From Octopus vulgaris (Eukaryota), in contig OX597830.1 of the NCBI GenBank assembly GCA_951406725.2, positions 36,456,001-36,520,000 of the forward strand: a DNA stretch of 64,000 bases, given 5' to 3'. The first letter of the stretch is position 1. The number at the start of each line of letters is the position of its first letter. The translations under genes and the position numbers were made by a program. Below the pieces are notes generated by a model, which was given only the letters and a program-made list of their open reading frames with translations, ran no database searches and was not told the DNA's origin. Below are positions 11,250-24,398 of this stretch, piece by piece.

Positions 11250-13082
11250 TAAGAAGAATTTTCCCGGGGATCTCGTTGTCCCCTTTAATATTTGTCCTAT
11301 GTTTGATCCCCCTCAGTTTAGTATTAAGGAAGGCAAAGGCAGGGTATCAGTTCAGAAATAGTAAAGGGAAAATTAGCCATTTGCTCTACATTGATGATCT
11401 GAAGCTTTTTAGTACGAATGAAAAGGAGATCATTTCCTTAATACAAACTGTAAGACTCTTCAGCAAAGACATAGGCATGGAATTTGGTATAGATAAGTGT
11501 GCAATATTAGTCATGAGAAAAGGACAGGTAGTCAACAGCGAAGGCATCCAATTACCAGACGGCCAGACATTAAAATAATTGAAAGGAGGAGAGAGAGAGT
11601 TATAAGTATCTAGGAGTATTAGAATCTGACTGACTGAGTACTAACTGCAGAAATGAAAACGAAAATTGAGGAGTACATCAGAAGGATGAGGAAGCTAATG
11701 AAGTCAAAGCTAAATGGTCTGAATCTTGTAAAGACTGTAAATACTTGGGCAGTATCATTACTCAGATACTCCCCAGCTTTTGTAGATTGGACAAAAACTG
11801 AATTTGCAAAGCTAGGCAGAAGAACAAGTAAGGAATTCAATATGAATGGAGGATTCCACCGAGGGCAGGAGTAGCAAGTTTATGCTTACTTGGAAAGGAA
11901 GTCAGAAGATTAATATCAGTAGAAGACTGCGTGGAATTAGCTAGAGTAGATAGAGACTCCTATGTAGGTAATAGTGAAGAAAGTTTATCAAAAGCTACTA
12001 GAGTCACAGCAAGAAATAGGGAAACCAAAAACCCAAACTCAAACGAAGTTAAAAACCAGAAAAAAGAACAGAAATTATCTTACTGGCTGGAGAAGGCCTT
12101 GCGTGGTAGATTCCCAAAGATATGCTTCTTTATTAGCCACACAGGGCTGCACACAGGTGGGACAGATTACAAAGTAGAGCTTTTCTTTTTTTGAGAAGAA
12201 AAAAACAAAGTGGGATATGTTTTCGATCAAAAGTGATCGTAAAAGGGATAGTTGCAGCAGATAGTAGTAGTGAGACATGGTTATGGTTGCAGAAAGGAAA
12301 GCTGAAGAGTGAGATAGAAAGTTTGTTAATAGCTGCACAAAATCAAGCATTGAGGACTAATTGGATCAGATAGACATGCTAGACAAAAACCAAGTAGATT
12401 CTCAATGTAGGTTATGCAAATCAAAACAAGAAAGTGTTACTCATATAGTGAGTGAATATAGCTTGCTGGCACAGAAAGAATACAAAAATTACATGACAGC
12501 CTAGGGAGAGTAATCCACTCGGTGCAAATCCTGGAAAGCTAGGATTTCATCATACTGATAAATGGTATGAACATTAACAGAGTAAAATACTAGAAAGTAA
12601 GGAATATAAGATGTCGTGGGACTTTAACATTCAGACTGACAGAATAATAGAAGCTAGAAGGCCTGATTTGGTAATATTAGATAAAGAGAATAGAAAGTGC
12701 CAGATAATTGACTTTACAGTCCCAAATGATGAAAACATTAACATGAGAAGTATAGAAAAAATAGCAAAGTACCAGGACCAAGCTATTGAATTACAGAGAC
12801 TATGGAAAGTGCGATTAAAATGTATCCCAGTATTTATAGGTGCATTAGGAACTATCCCTAAAGATCTGAACAGATGGACAGAGAAAATAGGTATAAAACC
12901 CAATTTAGTACAGCTCCAGAAAACAGTGTTATTAGGTACAGCTAGGATACTTAGGAGTGTTCTTGGCTTCTAAGATTACTTGTAGACATATAGAAGGGTT
13001 TTTGGCATCTAAGGTTTCTTGTAGGCGATGTTAGGATATTTTTTTCTTTTCCAACAGTCTAATCTGTTAAGTGTATATGAAA
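11250..13082 (+). mobile_element. 5'-truncated, disrupted R4/Dong-like non-LTR retrotransposon (RT, CCHC knuckle, restriction-like endonuclease)
   Basis: RRIFPGISLSPLIFVLCL (GIFQGDSLSP-like), HLLYIDDLKLF, IGMEFGIDKC, AAQNQALRT, CRLCK...HIVSE, RRPDLV...IIDFTVP...KY. Ends directly in (AAT)n at 13083-13160. Stops and frameshifts are present. Confidence 0.9.
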
Positions 13083-13108
13083 ATAATAATAATAATAATA
13101 ATTATTAT

Positions 13109-13159
<51 letters not shown>

Positions 13160-13161
<2 letters not shown>

Positions 13162-13537
13162 GGCTTGAAATTTGGGGAGGGGGATAGTCAATAATATCAA
13201 TCTCGGTGTTTCACTGGTACTTATTTCATCGACCCCGAAAAGATGAAAGGTAAATCCGACCTCGGCGGAATTTGAACTCACAACGTAACGGCAGACGAAA
13301 TACCTATTTCTTTACTACCCACAAGGGGCTAAACAGAGAGAGGACAAACAAGGACAGACAAAGGGATTTAAGTCAATTATATCGACCCCAGTGTGTAACT
13401 GGTACTTAATTTATCGACCCCGATAGGATGAAAGGCAAAGTCAACCTCGGCGGAATTTGAACTCAGAACGCAGCGGCAGACGAAATACGGCTAGGCATTT
13501 CGCCCGGCGTGCTAACGATTCTGCCAGCTCGCCACCT
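13160..13537 (-). mobile_element. Dimeric SINE family A, tail-to-tail with the LINE across a shared (AAT)n
   Basis: Two core units joined at gaaatac|ctatttc; head cagctcgccacc at ~13525. Confidence 0.85.
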
Positions 13538-13663
13538 TAAGAGAGTATTGTAGTTCATTTGAAGCATTGTGTATTGTTTGTAAAATATAACATGTCTTGA
13601 ATGGCACAACAATGCAGAGTGAACTATATTAACTGTTATAATTTAATTATCCATAGTCTGATA

Positions 13664-13710
13664 TAATAATACTATTTCGGAATACAAAAATTCCTTCTTC
13701 AGATATTGTT
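13664..13710 (-). ncRNA. Hammerhead-like motif (C3-G8 canonical core), imperfect stems I/III
   Basis: Minus strand: aacaatat-CUGAAGA-a-ggaat(ttttgt)attcc-GAAA-ta-GUA-ttattat. Confidence 0.4.
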
Positions 13711-15349
13711 AGGAATTGATCTTCTACTATAGGCACAAGACCCAAAACTTTGAAGAGGGGACTAGTCGATTAAATCGACCCCAGTGCTCTACTTGTACTT
13801 ATTTTATTGACCCTGAAAAGGTAAAAAGCAAAGTCGGCTTCGGCAAAATTTGAACTTGGGATGTAAAAAGCCAACACAAATGACAGTAAGCATTTCCTCT
13901 GACGCGTTAGTGATTTTTCCGGTTTGTAGTATTGTTCACAATACAGGAATAAGGCTTCATAGTTGTGAGAAGGGTTTAGTCGATGTAATTGACCCCACTA
14001 ATTGATTGGTGCTTGATTTTCTTGACCTCGGAAAACTTTACCTCAGAAGGGGTTTGACTTCAGGAACGCAAAGAGCTGGAAGAAATACCGCGAGGCATTT
14101 TTTTCGACATCCTAGTGGTTTTGTGAATTCATCACCTTCCGGTCCGATATTCTGCAAACTAAGTTTCTGGATTTTGGACGTGAGCATCTTCGAATTTGCA
14201 AGGACTACGAAGCTTCCCACGTCCTGAAGAGAGTGCTTCATTGGCTGTAAATATTATAAGTGATGTTGTTTTGAGGAAGCAGTCTCTCAATTTTATGTTC
14301 GATGTAATCTCTAATGGATTCTCCTCAATCTACACAGCATTTCTCTCGTCCGTCTTTATCTCATTCTGGATTTCATTTAGAATTTTGCAACTGTTTAGGC
14401 CAACTGTGAGGTCAAAGAACTTCAGGCGGTTAGGTACCCTTTCGTTAAAGACTTTCAGTCTCTGACTTGCCTTTTATCTGAACTCGATCCTGTTTGTTAC
14501 ATTCCCTCTTTTTTCTTCATTGTCTTCAACACTGTTAAACTACTATCCGGTCTTTCATCTCCGCAAGATACTATCTTGGAACTGGTACTTGAAGCCCCTT
14601 GTCAGTTCTGTACTTGGGTAAGATAACCGTTGGTTTCTCGGTTGTCGGTCTTCGTCGACACCTGGTGCTGGTAGTCTTGAATGTGAGGCAAGTTCATTTG
14701 CTTCCCTGTGGCTCCTCCACAGTTGAGATTGATGGTATTTTGAAAGTAGGGTAGCAGTGAATACCGCAGGGACATGGAAGCGCCTCGGATAGTGAAGTAG
14801 AAATTCATATGAAACTATCGAAGAAATAATGATGATGATGCTGACGATTGTGATGATGATTTCAAAGAGAATAAAAAACACAGATTGCAACAGATCGAGC
14901 ATTGAAGAGGACCTCACAGAAACGATAAAGAAAATAAAAGGAAAATGGGACGTAACAAGATCGATGAACATCGATCAAAGTAAACATCTGTTTCTGATAT
15001 ACTCGAACAAATAGCTTCATAAAATAATAAATAAATGTAACAGGATCCCTGCAAGAGATTCTGTTCAAAACAACAATCTACCTGAATATGAAAAGTGATG
15101 AAAATCGGGCTGTCTGTAATGCGGTCAGACCCCCAGGAAAAGGGGGAAAAAAAAGATTTGTGTTATACATGAACCAAGAAGAAAACAAAAGAGACTTTCC
15201 GCTCTAGATAAAGAAAGAAAAAAAGAAAGTACAAACAAGAAGCTAAGCAGGATGAAGAGAAAGTATTTCGATTAGGAGACAACAAAGGAAACGGTTAAAC
15301 AAAAGTATAAACGATGTTCTGTACCTTAACTTTTGGTTCGCAGTGTTAA

Positions 15350-16760
15350 GATTCTTCTGTGATAAAATTAATGACTGCAGTTGATTTGTATTTGACGATG
15401 TTGTCAATTATTGTGTGTCCCGATGCAAAAATGGTATTAGTGCAGCTTGAATTATTTCTACAAAATCTAGATTGTTAGTCTCTTAAAATGACTTCAGTTG
15501 TCTCCGTCATTATGTTTAACAACAATTAATAAAAGCAGCCCGCTGTTCGCCATAACTACAGAAACTACTTTCTCGTTTGAACAATCACCAAGAGACCTTA
15601 TTTCTTTGACACTTTCTTAATGACAAATGTTTTCTAATTTCTTGGTATTTTCTATCATAGATCATGTTACAAAGGGTAAGCAAGCGATTCTCCTTCGTTT
15701 TCCCCTCCATATTTAACATGCTCACCAGTAACTCCAGCTATACTAACAATTTTATTCTTTTTCAAGATAATTTAAACAATCAGTTACCTGTAAAAGCTCA
15801 CACGGTTCAGATTGATTTTAACATTTCTTAGAAATGCCCCCCCCCCCCACCACCACCAGCCCCTCGCCCATCTTTTCTTGTCGTTCTCTCCTTCCTTTAG
15901 ACATTAACCATTCTTGCTGTTCACATGTATCCTCGCATTGCTGTTTCCATACTACAGAACTCAATGCTATGTGATTCTTGAATAATTGTTACAGTAACTG
16001 AAAAATAAAGAAAGCTTCTAACAATACAGAGAGCTTTAAAAAAACACCCTTTATACTTCGGGCGCAGAACCCCTTTATACTTTGGGCACAAAACCTCTTT
16101 ATACTTCGGGCGCAAAGGCCTATCTTCAGAAGAATACAGTCAAAGAAATCTGTATTTACATAGATCTTGCCATTTTGGATTGTCCGAATTCTAACACCAG
16201 GTTATCCAAAATGGCAGGAGCTATGTAAATACATATTTCTTTGAAGATAAGCCTTTGCACCCGAAATGTATAGGTTTTTAAACCTTTCTGCGTCGTTAGA
16301 AGCGTTCCTTATTTCTCATTTTATTCAATTTTCTACTTTTGTATCACAATGCTTCAAGCGAACTACAACGCTCTTCTTGAGTTTTTACAACACTTTCTGC
16401 GGTCTTCACATGGTCTTCAATCCACTTTTCTTTATCTTCCAGGTAACACTTCTTTATTTCTCTATCACAAAGTGTTTTATACGCTTCTTTAGCGTTATAT
16501 ACCTTTTAGCTTCTATATTTCTGCTCACGTCACTTATCTCTAACATATCATGCCTTGGGGACTTATCATTACTCTCTCTTTTCCTCCCTTTATTCCTCTT
16601 CAATTTTTACCTGTATCAACTTAAATGTTGTTGATTTTATTCCAATGGTTAACTGCATTTGTTTCTGCATTTTCTACGGTACATCGGTTCTTAAGGTCTT
16701 GCTTCTACGATTTTATGATGTCACTTTCATCAAGTTTGCTAATATCAAAAGCCTATTGTC
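15350..16760 (-). mobile_element. Old RTE LINE remnant (EN-RT linker and RT start), interrupted by a fold-back insert
   Basis: Minus-strand peptides FDISKLDE...DLKNR and DREIKK...DKEKWIE...AE, followed by the RT fragment that is also duplicated at 1-410. Confidence 0.5.
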
Positions 16761-18670
16761 AGGCGTGGTTGTATGGTAAGTTGCTTGCTTCCTAACCACG
16801 TCGTTCTAGGTTCAGTTCCACTGTGTGGCACTTTGGGCAAGTGTTTTCTCCTATAGAATGGGGTCGATCAAAGCTTTGTAAGTGGATTTTGTAGACCGGC
16901 TCAAAAGAAGCCTGTCATATGTGTGTGTGTGTGTATCACTTGATAACCGGTGTTGGTGCGTTTACGTCCCTGTGGCCTAGCGGTTCGGCAAAACAGACGA
17001 ATAAAATAAGTATCAGGTTTTTAAAAAATAAGTACAAGAGTCAATTCATTCAGCTAAAACTTTTTAAGGCGGTGCTCCAGTATGGCCACAGTTCAGTGAC
17101 TGGAACAAGTAAAAGATAACAGAAAAGATAGAAATATCGGCAACCAGCCACATGGTTCCGGGTTCAGTCCCACTGCGTGGCGTCTTGGGCAAGTGTCTTC
17201 TATGATAGCCTCAGGTCGACCAAAGCCTTGTGAGTGGATTTGGTTGACGGAAGCTGAAAGAGTCCCGTCATGTGCCCTCTCGCGCGTGTGTGTATGTGTA
17301 TGTGCGTATATATGTTTGCGTGTCTCTGATTGTCCCTCCCCCAACATCACTTGACAGCCGATGTTGGCATATCTACGTCCCTGTAAATTAGCGGTTCGGC
17401 AAAAAAAAGACCAATAGAATAAGTGCTAGGCTCACAAAGAATAAGTCCTGGGGTAAATTTGTTCGACTAAAGGCGGTGCTCCAGCATGGCCGCAGTCAAA
17501 TAACTGAAACAAGTAAAAAGAGAGCACCTTCACTGTGCCCTGCTTTGCTTGTCTGCATTTACAAATTCAGACGAAATCAATTTCCTCTTCAGATCAATCA
17601 GTCGGGAATATCCAAATTTCTTTATATTTTTATATCCATATTGAGGATATGACAGACACCAGACAGTTTATCTGGATATCACACCAGGTAGCTGGTCATT
17701 CAAAGTAGGAAATGTGGCATTAAGCTTCACAGGAGTGAAAGTCAGGGTTTTCACTCTTAGTTTATCTTTTACATGTTTCAATCGTGACTGTGGCCATGCC
17801 GGGGCACCACCTTGAAGGGTTTAGTCAAACAAATCAAGCTGAGCACTCATTTTTTAAAACCTTGTACCTATTGTGTCAATCTCTTTTGCTGAGCAGCTAA
17901 GTTACCTGGTTGTAAATAAAACATCATCAGTTGTCAAGTGGTGGTGAAGACACACACACATGACAGGCTTCCACATAGTTTCTACCAACCAAATTCATAC
18001 TCTTAGGCATTAATCAACCTGGGCAGTAGAAGACATTTTCCCAAGGTGCTGGGCAGTGGGACTGAACCCAAAACCATCCGGCTGAGAAGCAGACTTCTTA
18101 ACCAACCAGTCATGCCTGCACCTAAACATTGGCAGGTCCTCTTTGATGGCATTTCAAACTTGGTTATTCTTTGAGAATGGAAGTGATTGAAGAGTTCCTT
18201 GCTGCTTCGTTCTCATCATTTGTGTAATGGTAAACTCTTCATCCAAAGAATGAATACTGTCAGTAATCTTATCAACTAAAAAAGTCTAGACTTTGCTGGT
18301 TTACCAGACAAGGTGCTGGGTTCATCATACACTTGTTTCATGTGGTAAGTGGCTTGCTTACCAACCACATGGTTGTGCGTTCAGTCCCACTGCATGGCAT
18401 CTTGGGCAAGTGTCTTCTACTATAGCCTCGGCCCGACCAAAGTCTTGTGAGTGGATTTGGTAGATAGAAACTGAAAGAAGCCCGTCGTATATATGTATGT
18501 GTGTGTGTGTGTGTTTGTGTGTCTGTATTTGTCTCCCCAACATCTTTTGACAACCGATGCTGGTGCGTTTACGTCCCTGTAACTTGGGGTTCGGTGAAAG
18601 AGACCGATAGAATAAGTACTAGGCTTACAAAGAATAAGTCCTGGGGTCAATTTGCTCGAAAAGAGTAAAA
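16760..18670. mobile_element. Cluster of SINE family B copies (16760-17115+, 17140-17520+, 17760-18120-, 18340-18670+)
   Basis: Repeated ...accacatggttccgggttcagtcccactgcgtggc...ttgggcaagtgtcttctactatagcc... with an internal (TG)n. Confidence 0.85.
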
Positions 18671-18687
18671 GAGAGAGTATCATCCTC

Positions 18688-18980
18688 ATCATCATCGTTT
18701 AACGTCCGCTTTCCATGCTAGCATGGGTTGGACGATTTCACTGAAGTCTGGCGAACCAGATGGCTACACCAGGTTCCAATCTCATCTGGCAGAGTTTCTA
18801 CAGCAGGATGCCCTTCCTAATGCCAACCGCTCCGAGAGTGTAGTGGGGGCTTTTACATGCCACCGGCACGAAGGACAGTCAGGTGGTACTGGCAATGGCC
18901 ATGCTCAAATGGTGCTTTTTATGTGCCACCTGCACAGGAGCCAGTCAAATGGCACCTGGCAATGACCTTGCTTGAATGTT
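18688..18980 (-). mobile_element. SINE-like family C with (GAT)n tail
   Basis: catcatcgtttaacgtccgctttccatgctagcatgggttggacg...ggatgcccttcctaatgccaacc. Related copies at 29408-29630, 34490-34660, 60660-61140 and 62000-62410. Confidence 0.8.
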
Positions 18981-19559
18981 CTTTTGAATAAAAACAAAAG
19001 TAAACAGCTAGGGGTACACCATTAAGAATGAGTCATAAACACCATTGACTACAAAACTGTGACATGATCGATTGTCTATTTTTAATATTTTGTCTTCCTT
19101 TGGTGTTTGTTGTTCATTACCGCTTTAACGAGTTTCCATTAAATATCCCATTTAGGCTATTTTTCTGCTCTAAAGGCGGCAAGCTGGCAGAATCATTAGC
19201 ACGCCGGGTGAAATGCTTAGCGGTATTTCATCTGTCGCTACGTTCTGAGTTCAAATTCCGCCAAGGTCGACTTTGCCTTCCATCCTTTCGGGGTCGATTA
19301 AATAAGTACCACTTATGCACTGGGGTCAATGTAATCGACTTAATCCATTTGTCTGTCCTTGTTTGTCCCGCTCTGTGTTTGGCCCCTTGTGGGTAGTAAA
19401 GAAATAGGTATTTCTGCTCTACCAGGAACACAGCATTATAGGGCTAAGTCATCATCAGTGTTATAGGGTTAAGTAAAGAAATTATATTGGACCTTGGCAC
19501 AGCATCAATAAGGTTTCTGATCATTGATAATACCAGGGCCTACCAAAAATAACATCGAA

Positions 19560-19810
19560 GATACAGCATAAAAGGATGAGGCTAGCTGGACACTGCATCA
19601 GATATACTGATGAAATTACTAACAAGCTAGTGTTCTGGAAACCAACAGATGGAAGACCCAGAAGGGGAAGGAGGAAGATGACCTATATCGACAATTTGCT
19701 GGAGGATCCTGGTATGGAAGGAGTACAGGAGCTGAGGACCATTATGGAAGAACAAGATGAGTGGGGAAAACATGCTGAAATAGTCTTAGGGCATCCTGAG
19801 GGATGACCTA
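19560..19810 (+). mobile_element. RTE-type LINE 3' fragment
   Basis: RLAGHCIR...KLVFWKP..GRPRRGRRKMTYIDNL..D...ELR..M....W, a typical RTE/RTEX ORF C-terminus. Confidence 0.8.
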
Positions 19811-21789
19811 GATAGATAGAGATAGATTTTAATACAAACAGAGATTTTTTGTTTCCAAAATACTTTTAAGATATAAGCACCATTTTTGATAACATGTAAG
19901 TAAATTTGTTTTTTTTTTTGAACTCTCAAAAGAATCATCAACTTGTGAAGTTGGGCCCCTATTACATGCTCTAATGTATTAAAAGCATTTTTTTCTTGAA
20001 TCTGTGTTGCTGAAATTGTAGTGCATCTAATATACACATGCATCTTTTATGCCAATAAATACAACATTGCTCTGGCTTGGAATATTTTATTCCTGAGAAA
20101 ACCCAACAACTCCTTCTGAACATCCAGTACCTTCTTGGCATTTGCCACTTTTTTGTGGGGTCATAAAAGTATAGCTGCCTCCCAGGTTTAGAACCAGGGA
20201 TCTCAAGAAATGAAATCTTAAAACAATAAAAAAGAACTAGGTGTAGGAGTGGCTGTGTGGTAAGTAGCTTACTTATGAACCACATGGTTGTGGGTTCAGT
20301 CTCACTGTGTGGCACTTTGGGCAAGTGTCTTCTACTATAGCCTTGGGTTGACCAATGCCTTGTGAGTGACTTTGGTAGATGGAAACTGAAAGAAGCCCAT
20401 CGTATATATATGTATGTGTGTGTGTATGTTTGTGTGTCTGTGTTTGTCCCCCCAACATCGCTTGACAACCGATGCTGGTGTGTTTACATCCCCGTAACTT
20501 AGCGGTTCGGCAAAAGAGACTGATAGAATAAGTACTAAGCTTACAAAGAATAAGTCCTGAGGTCAATTTGCTCGATTAAAGGTGGTGCTCTAGCATGGCC
20601 GCAGTCAAATGATTGAAACAAGTAAAAGAGTAACTTGATTTAGTCTTCTGCTTTAACCCTTTTGATCCCAACCTAAGATTGTACCCTTCTTCTATGATGC
20701 AAATTTTCCATTTTAAAGTTATCTAAAATAAAACCTTCCATCAAAATTCCACATTGATTTATGTTCCAAACCGCAGTTTATTCAAGGCAAAGCTATTTAG
20801 CTAAATTCTTCATTATTTTAAAAATTAATTGAAGCAAAATCAGTGTATTTGACCAGAAATATAGTAAAAAAAAAAAAGTTGGGGGGGTTAATTGTGTATC
20901 TGTTCTGTGTACTTGGCGTCACTACCATTATTGTCTGTTCTTGATATATGGCATTGGATGTATAAAGTACATTTCTCTTTTTATGCAGGAACCAATATAT
21001 TCAATTCCGATAGGAAAATTTAGACATTCATTGAAACGTGCACGGGAAACAAAGCTGTTGGAATGGAAGAAATGTAAGCAACCAGTTTAGCCAGAATTAC
21101 AAGAATTTTACCTTAGCACAACCAGAAATGGCTCTTGTTGCTAAGGAAATATTACAGAAAAAGAAAGAGTGAATTGAGTTTATTAAAAGAAAAATGCCCA
21201 AGAAGTTATTTCTGCAAGTAAACAACAATGTAACAAAGTTTGTTTCAATATAAAACTGGATTGGAAATTAATTTTTGAAGTTTCCTTGAATATAATTATA
21301 TATTTGTATTTTAGCAAATTAATGGATAAAAGACCACAAAAGACTGATAGAGGAATTGCTTTATTTTATTCTAAGTTTCTAATAAATAAAGAATGTGAAT
21401 TATTGGTTGTCAAAATAGATTAGTTTATAAAGAAACAATATTGACATTGTAAAATATTAATAGGGGTAAATGGAACTGTTACACACTGAAACAAAAATAA
21501 AAGTATAAATAATTATAAAAATTATATTAATAATGGTAATGAATTGAAAGAACACATGAATGGATATCAAGTGAAAATTTAATCTGTATCATTTTATCAA
21601 AAATGAGATCCAGTGAAGAAATAAATATGTTACTTCTACAGTCAATAAATATTGCTAGTCTTCTGAGATTATCTGTGTGTATGCATGTGTATGTGTATAT
21701 ATGTGTGTATGCATATGTACATGCATGTGTGTGTATGTGTCCATGTCTATATGTCTTCTTTTTTCACAAAACCCACCAACATTTAACAA

Positions 21790-22140
21790 TTGGCATGTCT
21801 TTATACAGCTGTCTTCATTCATACACATCACATGTCCACACCAGTGCAGTCTTCTTTCTTGAACACAACCCTTGATTCCTCTTAAGCCCAATTTTTCTCT
21901 AATCCCATTTGCCCTTTTTCCTACAAGCACTGTGACACTGCACGTAAAACAGAGCATACGAGCTTCGTTTCTTTCTAGTCTTCACAAATGATCTACATTC
22001 AAGGCCCATGTCTTATTACTGTGCAGCATTGCTGTTTGTAGACAATCATCATACAATCAGCCTTTCACTTGAAGAGAGTAAGTCCTTTTGTTGCAAAAAG
22101 AGGTAATAGCTCTCTGAACTTTCTCCATCCTACTCTTATT
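21790..22140 (-). mobile_element. RTE LINE RT C-terminal fragment
   Basis: IRVGWRKFRELLPL...RLERNEARML...IREKLGLRGI...VQERRLHWCGHVMCM. Confidence 0.8.
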
Positions 22141-22161
22141 CAATGCTTTCTGTACATCCTC

Positions 22162-23309
22162 CTAAGTTCTGTTGATGCGTGTTGTTTTAAAAGTGTCGTA
22201 CGACACAGAACCAGGTGGTGCCATAATGAGATCGCGGACAACGTTCGTGATCTCTGGTGATAAAGAAATGATTACATGTGATAGTCGAGATGCATAGCTC
22301 AGTACACAGTGAGAAGAAAACTGGGCCTCTATATGGTAAAACCATAATGCAGGGTTATGTGTCCAGAATGGGGGAATTCTCAACGTAATTGCTGCTTGAA
22401 ATGCCATATCGCTAGGAGATATGTTCGCCACTGGATTCTGTTCTGGGAGAGCCATTGTGTTCGCAAGAATTCTCAGTTCTGTTTCGTTGTCGGGTGATGT
22501 GCAAGCTGTGATTCTTCGTCGGGATCACAAAGCATAGTGCTGAAATGGAAAATCCAACCGCAGTACATAAACGTCTTCATTTTCCAAATGCAGTTCTGTT
22601 GGTGAAGCTGGTTCAAGGGAAGGCTGCAATTCTTTGCCAGGGTCACCAAATGTAGTGGCCAATGCTAAATGTTGTGTTTAAAGGTGTATAGATGCAATAG
22701 GCAAGTGTATGCCTTTGAAGTAAACAAAGGAATGACTTCGCTTCATCATTACAAATAATTTATTGACTAGATTTCAATTGTGTTGTCAGTATACATACTT
22801 CACCCTACATATAAATGTTTCCAACTGCTACGAGTTGTTAAATATGTAAAAAGGGTCACATTTGTAGAGGTGATGTGTGAGAACTGAATATGTTTTGTTA
22901 TGTGTCTGTGTGTGCATTCGTTCATCTCGGAATGTAGACTAGCGGTCTTTTGGTTGTCACATCCAATAACTTTCTTCTCTTGCATGTCAAGACTCTCTCT
23001 GTCGCGTTGTGGGAAATCTGTCTTTTTTTCTCTGCTAAAAAAACCCCAGTATTTATAAGAAACGAGACAGCTAGAAAGATAGACATGCTGCAGCAGATTT
23101 TGTACCTAACTAGGTCAGCTGCTGACCATTTGAACTTCGGCTGACATGGTTGAGGTCGTAGGCGAAAGGGAGATGATCAATCACTTTTTGACAGGACAAA
23201 GAAAACCATTTTCCACACCTGTTGATCGTGGTGGTTTGAATGAGCGAGAATCCTTAGATTCAGTTTCGAATTTAAGCTTGGAAAAGGAAGTGTTAATTTT
23301 TACACTACC
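22162..23309 (-). mobile_element. Truncated Gypsy LTR retrotransposon: LTR (23309-22651), PBS, gag 5' end
   Basis: Minus strand GGTAGTG...CACTACA (~660 bp, with TATAAA and AATAAA), then tt-TGGTGACCC PBS, then gag ORF 22455-22162 with RIPPFWTHNPALWFYHIEAQF...VRDLIMAPP...YDTFK. Confidence 0.85.
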
Positions 23310-24398
23310 TCCACTTCTAGTGAGAAAGCCACAGAGATCGAACAATATTGGAAATGTTATTTTGTGTGTATGCAGAAAAAAATTACACAGGCGCAGGAGT
23401 GGCTTGTAGGCGCAGGAATGGCTTATAGGCGCAGGTGTGGCTGTGTGGTAAGTAGCTTGCTAACCAACCACATGGTTCCGGGCTCAGTCCCACTGCGTGG
23501 CATCTTGGGCAAATGTCTTCTGCTATAGCCCCGGGCTGACCAATGCTTTGTGAGTGGATTTGGTAGACGGAAACTGAAAGAAGCCTGTCATATATATGTA
23601 CATATATATATATGTATGTGTGTGTGTGTTTGTGTGTCTGTGTTTGTCCCCCTAGCATTACTTGACAACCGATGCTGGTGTGTTTACGTCCCTGTCACTT
23701 AGCGGTTCGGCAAAAGAGAGCGATGGAATAAGTACTGGGCTTACAAAGAATAAGTCCCAGGGTCGATTTGCTCAACTAAAGGCGGTGCTCCAGCATGGCC
23801 GCAGTCAAATGACTGAAACAAGTAAAAAAGAGTAAATGAATATATGTCAAAAACATGGGACATGAAAGAAATAAAAGTATAAAAATATAAAGCAACAAAG
23901 ATTCCCTGTTGGTGTGTGCTATATGGTAGGCAATACAAATATGTGCCCAGGCAGAAACATGTTGGCACATTGAAAGAGATGGGCATCTACTGATTACTCG
24001 ACCCACTGGAGGTCGAACAGAGGCAAGGTGTATATAGAATACATTATTCTATGTATTCTGTATACTGCTCATGCACTTTTGGGGATGTCTTTTAGTGTGT
24101 TGTAGTGCACTCAAGCACTGTATACAATTATCATCATCGGCAGAAACGTTAGCACACCGAGTGAAATGCTTAGTGGTGTTTAGTCTGCCGGTATATTCTG
24201 AGTTCAAATTCCGCCAAGGTCAACTTTGCCTTTCATCCTTTCGAGGTCAATTAAATAAGTATCAGTTACACACTGGGGTCGATGTAATCAACTTAATCCC
24301 TTTGTCGGTCCTTGTTTATCCCCTCTATGTTTATCCCCCTGTGGACAATAAAGAAATAAAATTATTATTATTATCATTATTATTATTATTATTATTAT

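Noticed and set aside
14140-14971. Possible exons on the minus strand (ORF 14555-14971 and neighbours)
   Set aside because: No recognisable domain, in-frame stops nearby and no consistent splice chain.
20950-21600. Possible decayed Penelope GIY-YIG coding sequence
   Set aside because: Only vague resemblance in very AT-rich, stop-riddled sequence; cannot be supported by eye.
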